Assembly: GCA_965237805.1 (NCBI GenBank)
Contig: OZ250153.1
Coordinates: 1-64,000, forward strand
DNA length: 64,000 nt
Direction of reading: 5' to 3'
From: Gammaproteobacteria bacterium
GTDB lineage: Bacteria > Pseudomonadota > Gammaproteobacteria > JABABF01
Position 1 is the first letter of the stretch. Each line of letters begins with the position of its first letter. Below, in pieces: positions 20,100-30,082 of this stretch. A program made the translations under genes and the position numbers. The notes under the pieces were generated by a model, which was given only the letters and a program-made list of their open reading frames with translations, searched no databases and was not told the origin of the DNA.

Positions 20100-21209
20100 A
20101 TGAGCGCATTGCGCTACCCTCACAAGGCGCTTGCCTTTGGCGAGACACCGCGTTGTGTCGCCCCCGGTGTGCATTGGCTACGCATGCCCTTGCCGATGGA
20201 TTTGGATCACATCAACCTCTATCTGCTTGAAGACGGCGATCGTTTTTGGATTGTCGACACCGGCCTAGACACCGAGGAGACCCGTGAGCACTGGCTCAAT
20301 CTATTTGAGCAAGCGCCGTGGGATCTCCAGTTGGCGGGTGTGATCTGCACCCATATGCACACCGACCATACCGGCCTAGCCGGATGGCTGTGCCGCAAGT
20401 TCACGGTTGCGCTGTACATGACCCGCAGCGAGTACCTCAGCGCCCGCGTGTTCTCCGGGGCGCAGCACCATGGCTCCTCCGACGAGCTGAGGCACATTGA
20501 GGAGTTCTATGGCCGCACCGGCGTCGAGGTGCCGAGTTTCAAGCTGCCGACCGATCCGGCACCCGAGCCGACCGATCCTGTTTCTGAAGAGGGTGATCGG
20601 AGCGAGACATCCGCGCGCGACCGCAACAAAGTGGCGTTGCCGCGGCAGTTTCACCGGCTGCGCGATGGCAGTAGCTTGCGCATCGGCGGTCGCGCATGGC
20701 ACGTCGTCGTCGGCTGCGGGCATTCGCCGGAGCACGCCTGTCTGCACTGTCCAGAACTGGGGGTGATGATATCCGGCGATCAGATACTGCCGCGCATCAC
20801 GCCCAATGTCAGCGTGTTGCCGACCGAGCCCAACAGCGACCCGTTGCGGGAGTGGTTCGAATCGTTGGAGCGGCTACGGCTATTGCCAGCCGAGACCTTC
20901 GTATTGCCAGCGCACAACCTGCCGTTCTACGGCCTGCACCAGCGCATCGATTACCTGCGACGCCACCATATCCAGCAGCTGCGCCTGCTCTATCGTGCGG
21001 CTCATCGCGAGCACAGCGTTGCCAAATTGATGCGCAAACAGTTTGGCAATCGACCACAGGGATTCGCCATCTATCTCGCGGTCGGCGAGTGTTTGGCGCA
21101 TCTGCACTTCCTGTGTTCTGAGGGGCGTTTGCGCCGCCGTGTGAATGCCGAAGGCCAGCATTTTTTTGAACCCCTGCGGCCTATCGGCGCTGATTCCAGA
21201 CTGGTATAA
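20100..21209 (+). CDS. MBL-fold metallo-hydrolase
   Basis: LRMPLPMDLDHIN, THMHTDH, GHSPEH, SGDQILPRITPN, LPAHNLPF. Confidence 0.9.
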   Translation: MSALRYPHKALAFGETPRCVAPGVHWLRMPLPMDLDHINLYLLEDGDRFWIVDTGLDTEETREHWLNLFEQAPWDLQLAGVICTHMHTDHTGLAGWLCRKFTVALYMTRSEYLSARVFSGAQHHGSSDELRHIEEFYGRTGVEVPSFKLPTDPAPEPTDPVSEEGDRSETSARDRNKVALPRQFHRLRDGSSLRIGGRAWHVVVGCGHSPEHACLHCPELGVMISGDQILPRITPNVSVLPTEPNSDPLREWFESLERLRLLPAETFVLPAHNLPFYGLHQRIDYLRRHHIQQLRLLYRAAHREHSVAKLMRKQFGNRPQGFAIYLAVGECLAHLHFLCSEGRLRRRVNAEGQHFFEPLRPIGADSRLV

Positions 21210-21210
21210 T
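21202..21210 (+). promoter_or_regulatory. putative extended -10 promoter for ABC operon
   Basis: TGGTATAAT (TGn-TATAAT) 10 nt before ATG 21221, overlapping the upstream stop codon. Confidence 0.5.
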
Positions 21211-21220
21211 TTGCCCCACC

Positions 21221-22150
21221 ATGATCATTGCACATGAACTGAGTCGCCACTTTGGCGATATTGTTGCTGTGGATCGGCTGTCTTTTGAGATTGCGCCGGG
21301 AGAGGTGCTGGGCTTCCTCGGCCCCAACGGCGCTGGCAAGACGACGGCCATGCGCATGATCACCGGCTTCCTCACCCCCACTGCTGGTAGTGTCTCGGTC
21401 TGCGGCCACGATGTGGTGAGCGCATCGCTGGCGGCGCGGCAACACATCGGTTATCTGCCGGAGGGTGCACCGTGCTACGCCGATATGGAAGTGCGCGATT
21501 TCCTCTGCTTCATCGCCGAGACACGCGGGTTGCGCGGGCGCGAGCTGCGCGCCGAAGTCCTCAAGTCGCTGGCGGTGGTCGACTTGGAATCGGTCGCCGA
21601 GCAGCGCATCATGACACTGTCTAAAGGCTATCGGCGGCGCGTCGGCCTCGCCCAAGCCCTGCTGAACGACCCGCCTGTGCTGGTGTTGGATGAACCGACC
21701 GATGGCTTGGATCCCAACCAGAAAGATCAAGTGCGTCAGCTGATCGCCGAGCTCGGTTCGGATCGGCTGGTGGTCATCTCCACGCATATCCTTGAGGAGA
21801 TCGACGCGGTCTGCAATCGGGCCATGATCCTCGTCGATGGGCGCATCGCCGTGGATGCTACGCCCGCCGAGCTGCGCCGCCGCTCGCGCTGGCACAACGC
21901 TGTACGTCTGCGCTTGCTCGAAGAGCGCCCCGATTGCGATGCGCGCTTGGCGGAGCTCAGCGGTGTCGAGACGGTGCTCGCCGAAGAGCCTGGGCGGCAC
22001 TGGGTGTTATTTGCCGAGGGGCGGCGTCCCTTGTTGTCGGCGGTGCGCGCTTTCACCGAGCAGAACAGCTTGCCTGTGCAGACATTACAGGTGGAGCCGG
22101 GTCGTCTCGACGATGTCTTCCACGACATCACCAGAGGTCAATTGGCATGA
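21221..22150 (+). CDS. ABC transporter ATP-binding protein (GldA-like)
   Basis: Walker A GPNGAGKTT, LSKGYRRRVGLAQ, LDEPTDGLDPNQ. Confidence 0.93.
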   Translation: MIIAHELSRHFGDIVAVDRLSFEIAPGEVLGFLGPNGAGKTTAMRMITGFLTPTAGSVSVCGHDVVSASLAARQHIGYLPEGAPCYADMEVRDFLCFIAETRGLRGRELRAEVLKSLAVVDLESVAEQRIMTLSKGYRRRVGLAQALLNDPPVLVLDEPTDGLDPNQKDQVRQLIAELGSDRLVVISTHILEEIDAVCNRAMILVDGRIAVDATPAELRRRSRWHNAVRLRLLEERPDCDARLAELSGVETVLAEEPGRHWVLFAEGRRPLLSAVRAFTEQNSLPVQTLQVEPGRLDDVFHDITRGQLA

Positions 22151-22914
22151 CCGAAGCGATGTCTCCGATCAGGATACGGTTACGCGCTGTGGGCACCGTG
22201 TTCCGGCGCGAGTTTGGCGCTTGTTTTGCCACCCCATTGGCGTGGATTTTTTCCGCGATCTTTCTGTTCTTGGCCGGGGTGTTCGGTTTTTATCTCGGCT
22301 ATTTTTACGAGCGTGGACAAGCCGATCTGCGCCCTTTCTTCCAGTACCACCCGTGGCTCTATCTGTTCTTGGCCTCGGCGCTGTCGATGCGCATTTGGGC
22401 CGAGGAGCGCGCCTCAGGCAATATCGAGCTGTTGCTGACTTTGCCGTTGAGTCGAACCGGGTTAGTGCTCGGGAAATTTTTGGCCGCTTGGTGTTTTTGC
22501 GGTACGGTTTTGTTGTTGACCGTGCCGATGTGGATCACGGCCAACTATCTCGGCGAGCCAGACAACGGTGTGATCCTCGCTAGCTACGCTGGTAGCTGGC
22601 TGATGTCCGGCGGCTTCATCGCTGTCGGTTGTTGCCTGTCGGTGCTGGTGCGCAGCCAGACCGCTGCCTTTTTGCTGGTCGGCACAGTATGTTTTGTGCT
22701 GCTGATGAGCGGGCATCCTCTGGTGCAGGATTTGGTGAGCGGCTGGGCACCTGCGGCTTTAGTCGAGGCGGTCGGATCGCTCGGCTTTCTGCCGCACTTC
22801 AACACGGCGGTGCGCGGTGTTATTTCACTGCGCGACCTGCTCTATTATCTTGCGATGATCGCCGCTTGGCTATTGGCTACTGGCATTGTCATAGACCGCC
22901 TGCAAAGGCGTTGA
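22147..22914 (+). CDS. ABC-2 permease (GldF-like)
   Basis: RE...F.TPLAW, QADLRPFF..HPW, MRIWAEER..G.IELLLTLP. Confidence 0.9.
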   Translation: MTEAMSPIRIRLRAVGTVFRREFGACFATPLAWIFSAIFLFLAGVFGFYLGYFYERGQADLRPFFQYHPWLYLFLASALSMRIWAEERASGNIELLLTLPLSRTGLVLGKFLAAWCFCGTVLLLTVPMWITANYLGEPDNGVILASYAGSWLMSGGFIAVGCCLSVLVRSQTAAFLLVGTVCFVLLMSGHPLVQDLVSGWAPAALVEAVGSLGFLPHFNTAVRGVISLRDLLYYLAMIAAWLLATGIVIDRLQRR

Positions 22915-22930
22915 AAGTGGGCGTGCGGAG

Positions 22931-24823
22931 ATGAAAGAGCGTCTGCGTAGCGGTATAGAGCGCCTGCCCGGCAGTGGACATGCTCTCGCGCTGGTCGCGG
23001 TGGCGGTTTGCTTCATCTGCTTCAATTTGCTGATCAACATCATGTTCGGCAGTCTGCGTGTCGATCTTACCGAACAGGGGCTGTACACGTTGTCCGCTGG
23101 CAGTCGCCAGTTGATCAGCGAGATCGACTCGCCGGTCTATTTCTATTTTTATTTCTCCGAGCGGGCGGTGCGCTCCCAACCGGGATTGCACAACTATGCT
23201 CGTCGGGTGCGTGAATTGTTAGAGGAATACGATTCCCTTGGCGGTGACCGGCTGCGCTTGCGCGTCATCGATCCAGAGCCTTTTTCAGAAGAGGAAGAGC
23301 GGGCGGTCAGCTACGGCATCCAGAGCCTGACGGTGCCACAGGTCAACAGCTCGGTTTATTTCGGCCTTGCTATGGTTGATAGCTTGGATCGCCAAGTGGT
23401 GATGCCTCGCTTTGAGCTGAGCGGGGAGAATTTGCTGGAATACGAGTTGAGCCGTCATTTAGAGCAGCTGTTGCATCCGCACAAAGCGGTGCTGGATCTG
23501 CTCAGCCCCCACCCGTTGCAACAAGAGGACGGCACGGAGTGGGTCATGTTGCAACAATTGCGCACCAAGTTCGAGCTGCGCATCCACACGGATGGGCTCT
23601 CGGAGCCACTGGCGGATGACAGCGATTTGCTGATGGTCGTGTACCCCGGCGGCCTGTCGGTGCAGAGTTTATATTTTGTCGATCAGTACGCCGTGCGCGG
23701 TGGGAAATTGCTGGTATTTGTCGACCCGATCAATGAGCAATCACAATTCCAAGGCACTGAAGCATCGAAGCAGATCCGCACTTTGACGCGCCAGATCCTC
23801 AGCAGTTGGGGCCTGGATTTCAACTATCAAGAGCTGGTGATGGAGCCGGCTTGGGCGTTGCAAATCCAATCTTCCACTGGTGCTCCGGTGCGCCATCCCG
23901 CTTACTTTTCCGTGCCAGCAGAGGGTATGGATCAAGAGGATGTCATCACTTCTGAATTGGACAGCGTGAATCTGGGCACCGCCGGCCATTTGACATGGAC
24001 CGAGGATGCCGCTGGTGGCGAGCGCCACGAGCTGATCGCCACCAGTGCCGAGGCGCGTCTGATCGCTCGCCGCACGCTGGCTACCTACCACGCCGATAGC
24101 GAGCGTCTCTACGATGAAATACGCAATTTGCCCGCTGGGCGCCGCGTACTTGCTGCCCGCATCAGTGGTCCAGTGGACAGCGCTTTCGACGCGCGTCCCG
24201 CCGAGGTGTCGAGCGCGGTTGTGCATGTACATGTCGCCGCTGCGCCTGAGGGGGGCGCTTCAGAACGCGTGGTCATCACTGACAGCGATCTGTTGGACGA
24301 TCGCTTTTGGGTGCGCCAGCAACGCTTGTTAGGACGTGTTTTCGCAACACCGATCTCCGATAACGGCAACTTTATTCTCAACACGATCGATCATCTCAGT
24401 GGTAGTGCAGCACTGATTTCAGTGCGTAGCCGGGGGCGTTTTTCGCGCCCATTCCTAGTTGTTGAAGCACTGCGCAAGAGCGCTGATAAAAGGTACCGAG
24501 AGCGCGCTGAGCTGTTGGAATCTCAGCTGCGAGAAACAGAACAGCAATTGGCAGATATCCAACGCAAAGCTCAAGAGGGTGCCAGCCGTATTGGTCTCAA
24601 CCAGCAACGGCGGGAAACTCTGCAAGGCTTCCAGCAACAGCGCGTGCAGCTGCGTCGCGAACTGCGCAAAGTGCGCCATCAATTGGATCGCGACATCGAG
24701 AACTTGGGGACTTATCTCAAACTGATCAACATCCTCTTGGCCCCGGCACTGATGATCTTACTGCTGTGGAGTGGCTGCCAGCTGTACCGCGTTTTGCAGC
24801 GTCGCAGATGGCAGGCATCGTAG
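22931..24823 (+). CDS. GldG-family ABC auxiliary protein
   Basis: RVDLTE..LYTLS, IDPEPFSEEEE, EYELSR, DSDLLDDRFWV, RSRG.F.RPF, C-terminal coiled coil and TM. Confidence 0.88.
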   Translation: MKERLRSGIERLPGSGHALALVAVAVCFICFNLLINIMFGSLRVDLTEQGLYTLSAGSRQLISEIDSPVYFYFYFSERAVRSQPGLHNYARRVRELLEEYDSLGGDRLRLRVIDPEPFSEEEERAVSYGIQSLTVPQVNSSVYFGLAMVDSLDRQVVMPRFELSGENLLEYELSRHLEQLLHPHKAVLDLLSPHPLQQEDGTEWVMLQQLRTKFELRIHTDGLSEPLADDSDLLMVVYPGGLSVQSLYFVDQYAVRGGKLLVFVDPINEQSQFQGTEASKQIRTLTRQILSSWGLDFNYQELVMEPAWALQIQSSTGAPVRHPAYFSVPAEGMDQEDVITSELDSVNLGTAGHLTWTEDAAGGERHELIATSAEARLIARRTLATYHADSERLYDEIRNLPAGRRVLAARISGPVDSAFDARPAEVSSAVVHVHVAAAPEGGASERVVITDSDLLDDRFWVRQQRLLGRVFATPISDNGNFILNTIDHLSGSAALISVRSRGRFSRPFLVVEALRKSADKRYRERAELLESQLRETEQQLADIQRKAQEGASRIGLNQQRRETLQGFQQQRVQLRRELRKVRHQLDRDIENLGTYLKLINILLAPALMILLLWSGCQLYRVLQRRRWQAS

Positions 24824-24842
24824 GATGCTGAGGTGGCTTGCG

Positions 24843-25883
24843 ATGAGTCGACAGACCATCGTGCTGGTGTCGATGGCCTTGCTATTGCTGGCTGTATCTG
24901 CGGTGGCGAGCTGGAATTTCAGCGCCCGTTGGCAGACCGAAGGCGATGTATTGGCACCGCAACTGTCGGCTCAGCTAGAGACTGTGCGGGAGCTACACTG
25001 GCGCGATGCCGATCTGGGCAAGGACAAGCAAATCTCTTGGGATGGCTCGGCCTGGATCGCTGATCATCCCAGTGGCTACCCCGCTGACCGCGCGCGCATC
25101 ACTGGCTTGCTGGTCTCGCTGAGCGAGCTGCGCTTGGCCGAGGAAAAAACCAGCCGCGCCGAGGACTATGGGCAACTGGGGTTGCGGGATGTCGATGCCG
25201 AGGGTAGTCGCTCGCGTCAGCTCATCCTCATCGACGACGATGGCACCACGCTTTTGGCGCTGCTGGTCGGAGACCGTTCCGCATTGCGTGACGGCCACTT
25301 CCTGCGCCGTGTCGGTGAGGCTCAAAGTTGGCTTAGCGACCGCACGCTGGAGTTGCCAGAAAGTGCGATGGGCTGGCTAGAATTGTCCGTGCTCAATCTT
25401 CCCTACAGCCGCTTGGCTTCACTGCGTATCGTCGACGAGGCGGGCAGTGTCTGGACATTGGAGCGCGACAGTGTGGACGAAGAGCATCTGCGCTTGATCG
25501 AGCAGCCTGAGTTCATGCGCCTGCGTTACGCCGGGGTTTTGAATGCCTATGGGCGCCTGTTGCAAGATTTGCAGGTCGAAGCGGTCGAAGCGGCGGGAGA
25601 ATTGCAGCCATCTGTCCAGTGGCAGCTCGATTTCAAGCTGCGCAACGGCCTGCTCGTCACGGCGAAATTGCGGGTTCAGGAAGAGGGTGGGGGCGGCCAG
25701 CTGTGGCTCAACTTCAGTGCTGAGGGCGAAGCGGCGGCGGAAGCAGAGCAGTTGCGTTCGCGTCACGCGCCGTGGCGCTACCAGCTCAGCGAATATAGCT
25801 ATGACCGCTTTCAGTTTCGGCTCGACGATGTGCTGGAGCCAGTGCCAGACGATAGCGCGGCGGCTCCGGAATCACAGCCATAG
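24843..25883 (+). CDS. DUF4340 domain protein
   Basis: N-terminal TM, GYPAD, EEKTS...Y..LGL; typical fourth gene of GldAFG-like operons. Confidence 0.75.
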   Translation: MSRQTIVLVSMALLLLAVSAVASWNFSARWQTEGDVLAPQLSAQLETVRELHWRDADLGKDKQISWDGSAWIADHPSGYPADRARITGLLVSLSELRLAEEKTSRAEDYGQLGLRDVDAEGSRSRQLILIDDDGTTLLALLVGDRSALRDGHFLRRVGEAQSWLSDRTLELPESAMGWLELSVLNLPYSRLASLRIVDEAGSVWTLERDSVDEEHLRLIEQPEFMRLRYAGVLNAYGRLLQDLQVEAVEAAGELQPSVQWQLDFKLRNGLLVTAKLRVQEEGGGGQLWLNFSAEGEAAAEAEQLRSRHAPWRYQLSEYSYDRFQFRLDDVLEPVPDDSAAAPESQP

Positions 25884-25892
25884 GACTTAAGC

Positions 25893-26615
25893 GTGGCGAA
25901 GGGATTGGCGGTTGCTGGTGACGATGCACCATCCGTAGCTGTCGCGACACGGCGCAACGCCCTCAGTGTCGCCGACTGCAGCGCAATGATGCAGCTGCAA
26001 GAAGCGATGAACCGGCTGGTACATCCTGCATGGCGCCAGCAGGGCTATGAGTGGTATCGCGCCGTTTGGATGGAATGCGCCGAGTTGGTCGGGCATAGCG
26101 GCTACCAGTGGTGGCGTGACGAACCGGTGAACCAAGTACAGCGGCAGCTGGAGGTGGTGGATATTTGGCACTTCGGCCTCAGCGCACTGATGGAGAAGCA
26201 ATCCACTGCCGAGTTGGCACCGTGGCTGGCGCGGCAATTTGCCGATCTGCCGCCACTCGTTGCCGCTGATGTTGTCGAATGTGCTGAGAGCCTAGCTGCC
26301 GATTCCCTGCGTCGCCGAGATTTTGACATGGCGCTATTTTTAGTGCTGCTCGGTGCCGCAGAACTGAGTCCGACCGCTCTGTACCAGCATTATGTCGGCA
26401 AAAATATGCTCAACCGCTTTCGCCAAGACCACGGTTACCGCGATGGCAGTTATCGCAAGTTATGGGGCGGTCTAGAAGACAATGAGCATCTGGCGCAGAT
26501 CCTTGCTTCGCTGTCGGCGCGGGAAGCGACAGCTGAACCAGCGGATTTCAGCGCCAGCGTCTACACTGAATTGCAGCGTTGCTATGAGGCCTCAGCCGGC
26601 AAGAGCAAGGGCTGA
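25893..26615 (+). CDS. dimeric all-alpha dUTP diphosphatase
   Basis: ECAEL..H.GY.WW, LEVVDIWHFGLS, YVGKN.LN.FRQDHGY, GLEDNEHL; start uncertain. Confidence 0.88.
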   Translation: MAKGLAVAGDDAPSVAVATRRNALSVADCSAMMQLQEAMNRLVHPAWRQQGYEWYRAVWMECAELVGHSGYQWWRDEPVNQVQRQLEVVDIWHFGLSALMEKQSTAELAPWLARQFADLPPLVAADVVECAESLAADSLRRRDFDMALFLVLLGAAELSPTALYQHYVGKNMLNRFRQDHGYRDGSYRKLWGGLEDNEHLAQILASLSAREATAEPADFSASVYTELQRCYEASAGKSKG

Positions 26616-26626
26616 GTGACACAGCG

Positions 26627-27289
26627 ATGAGTACATCAATAGCGGTGGGTTCCCCGCAAGCCGGGCTGATCCACGAATGGTTTCCGGTTGGCCCGTTGCA
26701 GTGCAATTGCAGCATTGTCGGTGACCGTCTGAGTCGACGTGCCATCGTCGTCGATCCCGGCGGCGACGCGGAGCGCATTCTTGACTGCTTGTCGCGCCAT
26801 CAACTACAGCTGATGGCGATTATCCACACCCATGCCCATTTGGATCACATCCTCGCTGCTGGTGTGATCAAGGAGGCCACTGGTGCCAGCTTGCACCTGC
26901 ACCCGGATGATCGTTATCTGTGGGATATGCTCGAGCAACAGGCGCAGGCATTCGGCCTGAGCTGCGAGCCCTTGCCGCCGCCCGACCACGAGATGCACGA
27001 TGACGAGTCGCTACCCTGTTGTGGCGGTGTGGCCATGCACACTCCGGGTCACACCCCAGGTTCGCTCAGTTTCTGGTTTGCTGAGCACAAATTACTGCTT
27101 TCTGGCGACACACTATTCCAGCGCTCGGTGGGGCGCACAGATTTCCCCGGCGGCGACGCTCGACAGCTCGAAAAATCGATCAAGAGCAGGATCTATACCC
27201 TTGATGAATCGACCAAAGTTATTACTGGTCACGGCCCGGAGACCAGTGTGGGCGAGGAGATGCGCCACAACCCATTCGTGCGCGCCTGA
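26627..27289 (+). CDS. MBL-fold hydrolase (glyoxalase II/YcbL-like)
   Basis: GPLQCNC, HTHAHLDH, HTPGHTPGS, GRTDFPGG, GHGP. Confidence 0.9.
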   Translation: MSTSIAVGSPQAGLIHEWFPVGPLQCNCSIVGDRLSRRAIVVDPGGDAERILDCLSRHQLQLMAIIHTHAHLDHILAAGVIKEATGASLHLHPDDRYLWDMLEQQAQAFGLSCEPLPPPDHEMHDDESLPCCGGVAMHTPGHTPGSLSFWFAEHKLLLSGDTLFQRSVGRTDFPGGDARQLEKSIKSRIYTLDESTKVITGHGPETSVGEEMRHNPFVRA

Positions 27290-27310
27290 GCAGGCTGGGT
27301 GCGCTCAGCG

Positions 27311-27604
27311 CTAGCGCTCATCCAAGAGGGTATCGACGACGGCGGCCAGCGCAAAATCCCGCTTGCTGATGCCACCAGCTTCGTGGGTGCTGAGGCGCAA
27401 TTCCACATCCCGGTAGCAATGACTGATTGCCGGGTGGTGATCCATGCTTTCGGCGGCCAGCGCCAGCCGTGTCAGAAAGCCGAACGCCTCGGAAAAATCT
27501 CTGAACTGCAGCTTGCGTTGCAGTTGATTGTCGGCCAACTGCCATTGTGGGTGCTCGCTGAGCGCACTGGCGATTTGTGTTTGGTTCAGGGGGGTGATGG
27601 CCAT
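27311..27604 (-). CDS. pterin-4-alpha-carbinolamine dehydratase
   Basis: FRDFSEAFGF, AE..DHHP, LSTHEAGG...DF.LA. Confidence 0.88.
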   Translation of the reverse strand: MAITPLNQTQIASALSEHPQWQLADNQLQRKLQFRDFSEAFGFLTRLALAAESMDHHPAISHCYRDVELRLSTHEAGGISKRDFALAAVVDTLLDER

Positions 27605-28701
27605 CGCAGGGCCTCCTCGGATCGGTGGTTGCTGAGCCACACGCCGCACTCGATGTGCGGTGTGTAGGGAAACTGGTCGAACAGTGCCAAGCGGTGCATG
27701 TGGAGCTGAGGCAGTTGCTCTAGGTCGCGAGACAGGCTCTGTGGGTTGCAGGAAATATACAGCATCTGGGGTACCGTGCGGGCACAGGCCAGTGCGGCGT
27801 CGTCGAGGCCAGCGCGTGGTGGGTCGACCAGCAGCGCGTCGAAGTGGGCGCTGTGGTGGGGCGCATCGTGCAGGCGGCGAAAGCGCCGCTCCCCGCTGAG
27901 TGCCTGCCAGACTTCCAGTGTCGACATACGCAGCGGGTAGGCATTGGTGATGCTGTTGTCGCGCAGGTTCTGGCGCAGGGCGGTGATGGCACCGCGCCCG
28001 CTGTCCGCCGCTAGCGTTTGCTCGAAGTGGCGCGCCAGCGGCAGCGTGAAATTGCCGCTGCCACAGTGCAACTCCAACAGGGTGTCGCCGCATTGTGCAG
28101 CCCACTCACTCGCCCACTGTAACATCGCCCGATTGACGCTCGCATTGGCTTGGGTGAAGCTGCCTTCGGGTTGCCGCCAGCGATACTCGACTCCGTCCAC
28201 GCGCATGTGCTCGGTGACGAAATCGCGCCCTGCGACCAGCCGCTGGCCGCGACTACGACCGATGATGGAGGCACCGGTCCGTTGCGCCACGCGCTCCGCT
28301 GCGGGTAGCCAAGATCCCTCCAAGTGGCGGTGGTAGACCAGCGTTGCCAGCCTGTCACCGCTGCTACTGCAATGGAATTCGACCTGAAACAGCCGTTGTG
28401 CAAGGGGCTTATCGGCGCGCAAGGACTCGATCAGCGCGGTCATCATCTTGTTGATCTGTCGGTTGGCGGCAGCGTAGTAATCGACACGCACTATCGCGCC
28501 GTCGGCATCGAACATCGCGTAGTAAAAATCGTCCCGCTCGTGCCATAGACGGAATTCCGCACGCATTCTATAGTGGCTTGGCGGCGATTCAAATAATTCG
28601 ATTGACGCTTTCGGAAAATGAAGTAAATTGCTCAATGAGCTTGCTTTTTCACTGAGGAGATCGTGGTATCTCCGCGGCTCAATCGCGGGGATTCCAGCCA
28701 T
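27586..28701 (-). CDS. trmA: tRNA (uridine(54)-C5)-methyltransferase
   Basis: YRMRAEFRLWH, FTQAN, LELHCGSGNF, VDPPRAG, YISCNP, FDQFPYTPHIE. Confidence 0.95.
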   Translation of the reverse strand: MAGIPAIEPRRYHDLLSEKASSLSNLLHFPKASIELFESPPSHYRMRAEFRLWHERDDFYYAMFDADGAIVRVDYYAAANRQINKMMTALIESLRADKPLAQRLFQVEFHCSSSGDRLATLVYHRHLEGSWLPAAERVAQRTGASIIGRSRGQRLVAGRDFVTEHMRVDGVEYRWRQPEGSFTQANASVNRAMLQWASEWAAQCGDTLLELHCGSGNFTLPLARHFEQTLAADSGRGAITALRQNLRDNSITNAYPLRMSTLEVWQALSGERRFRRLHDAPHHSAHFDALLVDPPRAGLDDAALACARTVPQMLYISCNPQSLSRDLEQLPQLHMHRLALFDQFPYTPHIECGVWLSNHRSEEALRWPSPP

Positions 28702-28704
28702 CAG

Positions 28705-29064
28705 CTACAGGCAGCCGTGCGGGCGTGGCAAGCCAGCAATGCGGCTCGCTCGCCGAGCCGGGTTGCCGGGGAAAAGCCGTAGCAAGCTGATGCTTGAGGC
28801 CAGCTCGGTGGCACCGCTCTCGCGAGCATAGCTGAGCAGTGCTCGCATCGCTGGTGCGAGATTGAAGCGCTGATGGAAAGCGCGCACCAATTCCAGCACT
28901 TGCCAATGGTCGGCCGTCAACGCGATCCCATCGTCGGCGGCGAGCTGCTGAGCCACTTCTGGCGACCAGTCTTCGAGCCGCAATAGGTGGCCGTCGCTGT
29001 CCAGTGGCAGCCGCCGGTCGCCCAAGCTCAAGGCTCGCGCTTCAGAACCAGTCGACGACGGCAT
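28705..29064 (-). CDS. tusE: sulfur relay protein TusE (DsrC family)
   Basis: D.DGHL....DWS..VA, HW, C-terminal IAGLPRPHGCL with a single Cys; start uncertain. Confidence 0.85.
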   Translation of the reverse strand: MPSSTGSEARALSLGDRRLPLDSDGHLLRLEDWSPEVAQQLAADDGIALTADHWQVLELVRAFHQRFNLAPAMRALLSYARESGATELASSISLLRLFPGNPARRASRIAGLPRPHGCL

Positions 29065-29353
29065 CACAGCGCATTGCCAGCGAGACATAGGCAGAGTAAT
29101 CGACCAGCTCCACCCCGGGTGTCAAGCGCAGCTCGGGTAGGCGCGCAGCCACATCTGGTGCCAGCGCGTAGAGCGACAGCGTCTCCGTGTGCCGTTGCAG
29201 CTGCCGTGCACCATCGCTGTTGGCCAAGGCGGCGTACACGCCATCGGCGACCAACAGCAATACATTGCCGTCGCCTGCCAGCCGTAGGCAACGCGTCAGT
29301 GCGCTGCCCGCCAGTGGCGATTGGCTGACAGTATGCAAGAGACGGTGTGCCAT
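29042..29353 (-). CDS. tusB: sulfur relay protein TusB (DsrH family)
   Basis: LHTVSQSP, LLL.ADGVYAA, YAL..DV.AR, VDYS.YV. Confidence 0.85.
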   Translation of the reverse strand: MAHRLLHTVSQSPLAGSALTRCLRLAGDGNVLLLVADGVYAALANSDGARQLQRHTETLSLYALAPDVAARLPELRLTPGVELVDYSAYVSLAMRCDAVVDWF

Positions 29354-29712
29354 CAGGCGCTGAGCACGACTTTGCTGGTCGCCAACAGGTGGCTGATGGC
29401 GGCGTCGTCCAGCCAGGTGATCGCCAAGTCATCGCGCAGTTGATCAGCGATGGGTTCCAGTGTCCCCAAGGCGGTTGTGCTGGCATGGATCTGTTCGATG
29501 CCGTAGTGGTGCAGTGCACCAAAATCGACCAAGCTGGTCTTGTCCTTTGTGCTAGGTGCCAAGTGCAACACGGCATCGTCGATCAATATCAGCGTCACCG
29601 TTTGCCCCAAGGCGGCGGCGGCGAGAGCGACATCCAAGCCCCAGTCCGTTTGCTTCGAGCCCGGTGCCGCACTCAGCAACACGGTAAAACTTTTGTGCGC
29701 TACGGTTGCCAT
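29353..29712 (-). CDS. tusC: sulfur relay protein TusC (DsrF family)
   Basis: APGS....GLDVALAAAALGQ, IDDAV.HL, L..YGIE. Confidence 0.8.
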   Translation of the reverse strand: MATVAHKSFTVLLSAAPGSKQTDWGLDVALAAAALGQTVTLILIDDAVLHLAPSTKDKTSLVDFGALHHYGIEQIHASTTALGTLEPIADQLRDDLAITWLDDAAISHLLATSKVVLSA

Positions 29713-29722
29713 CGCTGTCCCG

Positions 29723-30073
29723 CTAATCGGAAAACACCACGCTGCGGTCTGCCGAGAGTGCCGCATCGATTAGCTCGCCGAGGCCGCACAGCGCAAACGG
29801 CTTCTGCAGCAAGTCGGCGCAGCCATGACGCTGAGCCGATTTTGAACACACCGCCAATGTGCAGCCAGCTCGCCGTGCCAAAGCGAGCCAATCGCCCGCG
29901 CCGCCAGCGGCGGGGAGGCTGTCGCTGCTGTGTGCACAGCGCGCCCCGGCACCATAGAAAAACACGCTGTCGATGCAGCATCCAGCGCTGAGCGCGGCCT
30001 CGGCGAAAGCCAGCGCCCGCGCTGGTGCCGTGCTGGTGTCCGGGGCCGACAGCACGGTGAGAAAGAAAATCAT
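29723..30073 (-). CDS. tusD: sulfur relay protein TusD (DsrE family)
   Basis: A..FAEAAL..G, VFFY..G, VCSKSAQRHG (persulfide Cys), GLGEL. Confidence 0.85.
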   Translation of the reverse strand: MIFFLTVLSAPDTSTAPARALAFAEAALSAGCCIDSVFFYGAGARCAHSSDSLPAAGGAGDWLALARRAGCTLAVCSKSAQRHGCADLLQKPFALCGLGELIDAALSADRSVVFSD

Positions 30074-30082
30074 GTGCTTGGG

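Noticed and set aside
28705-30073. dsrEFH-dsrC as evidence of sulfur oxidation
   Set aside because: The DsrC homolog has only the terminal Cys (second Cys replaced by Ser) and no dsrAB is present; this fits the TusDCB/E tRNA-thiolation relay
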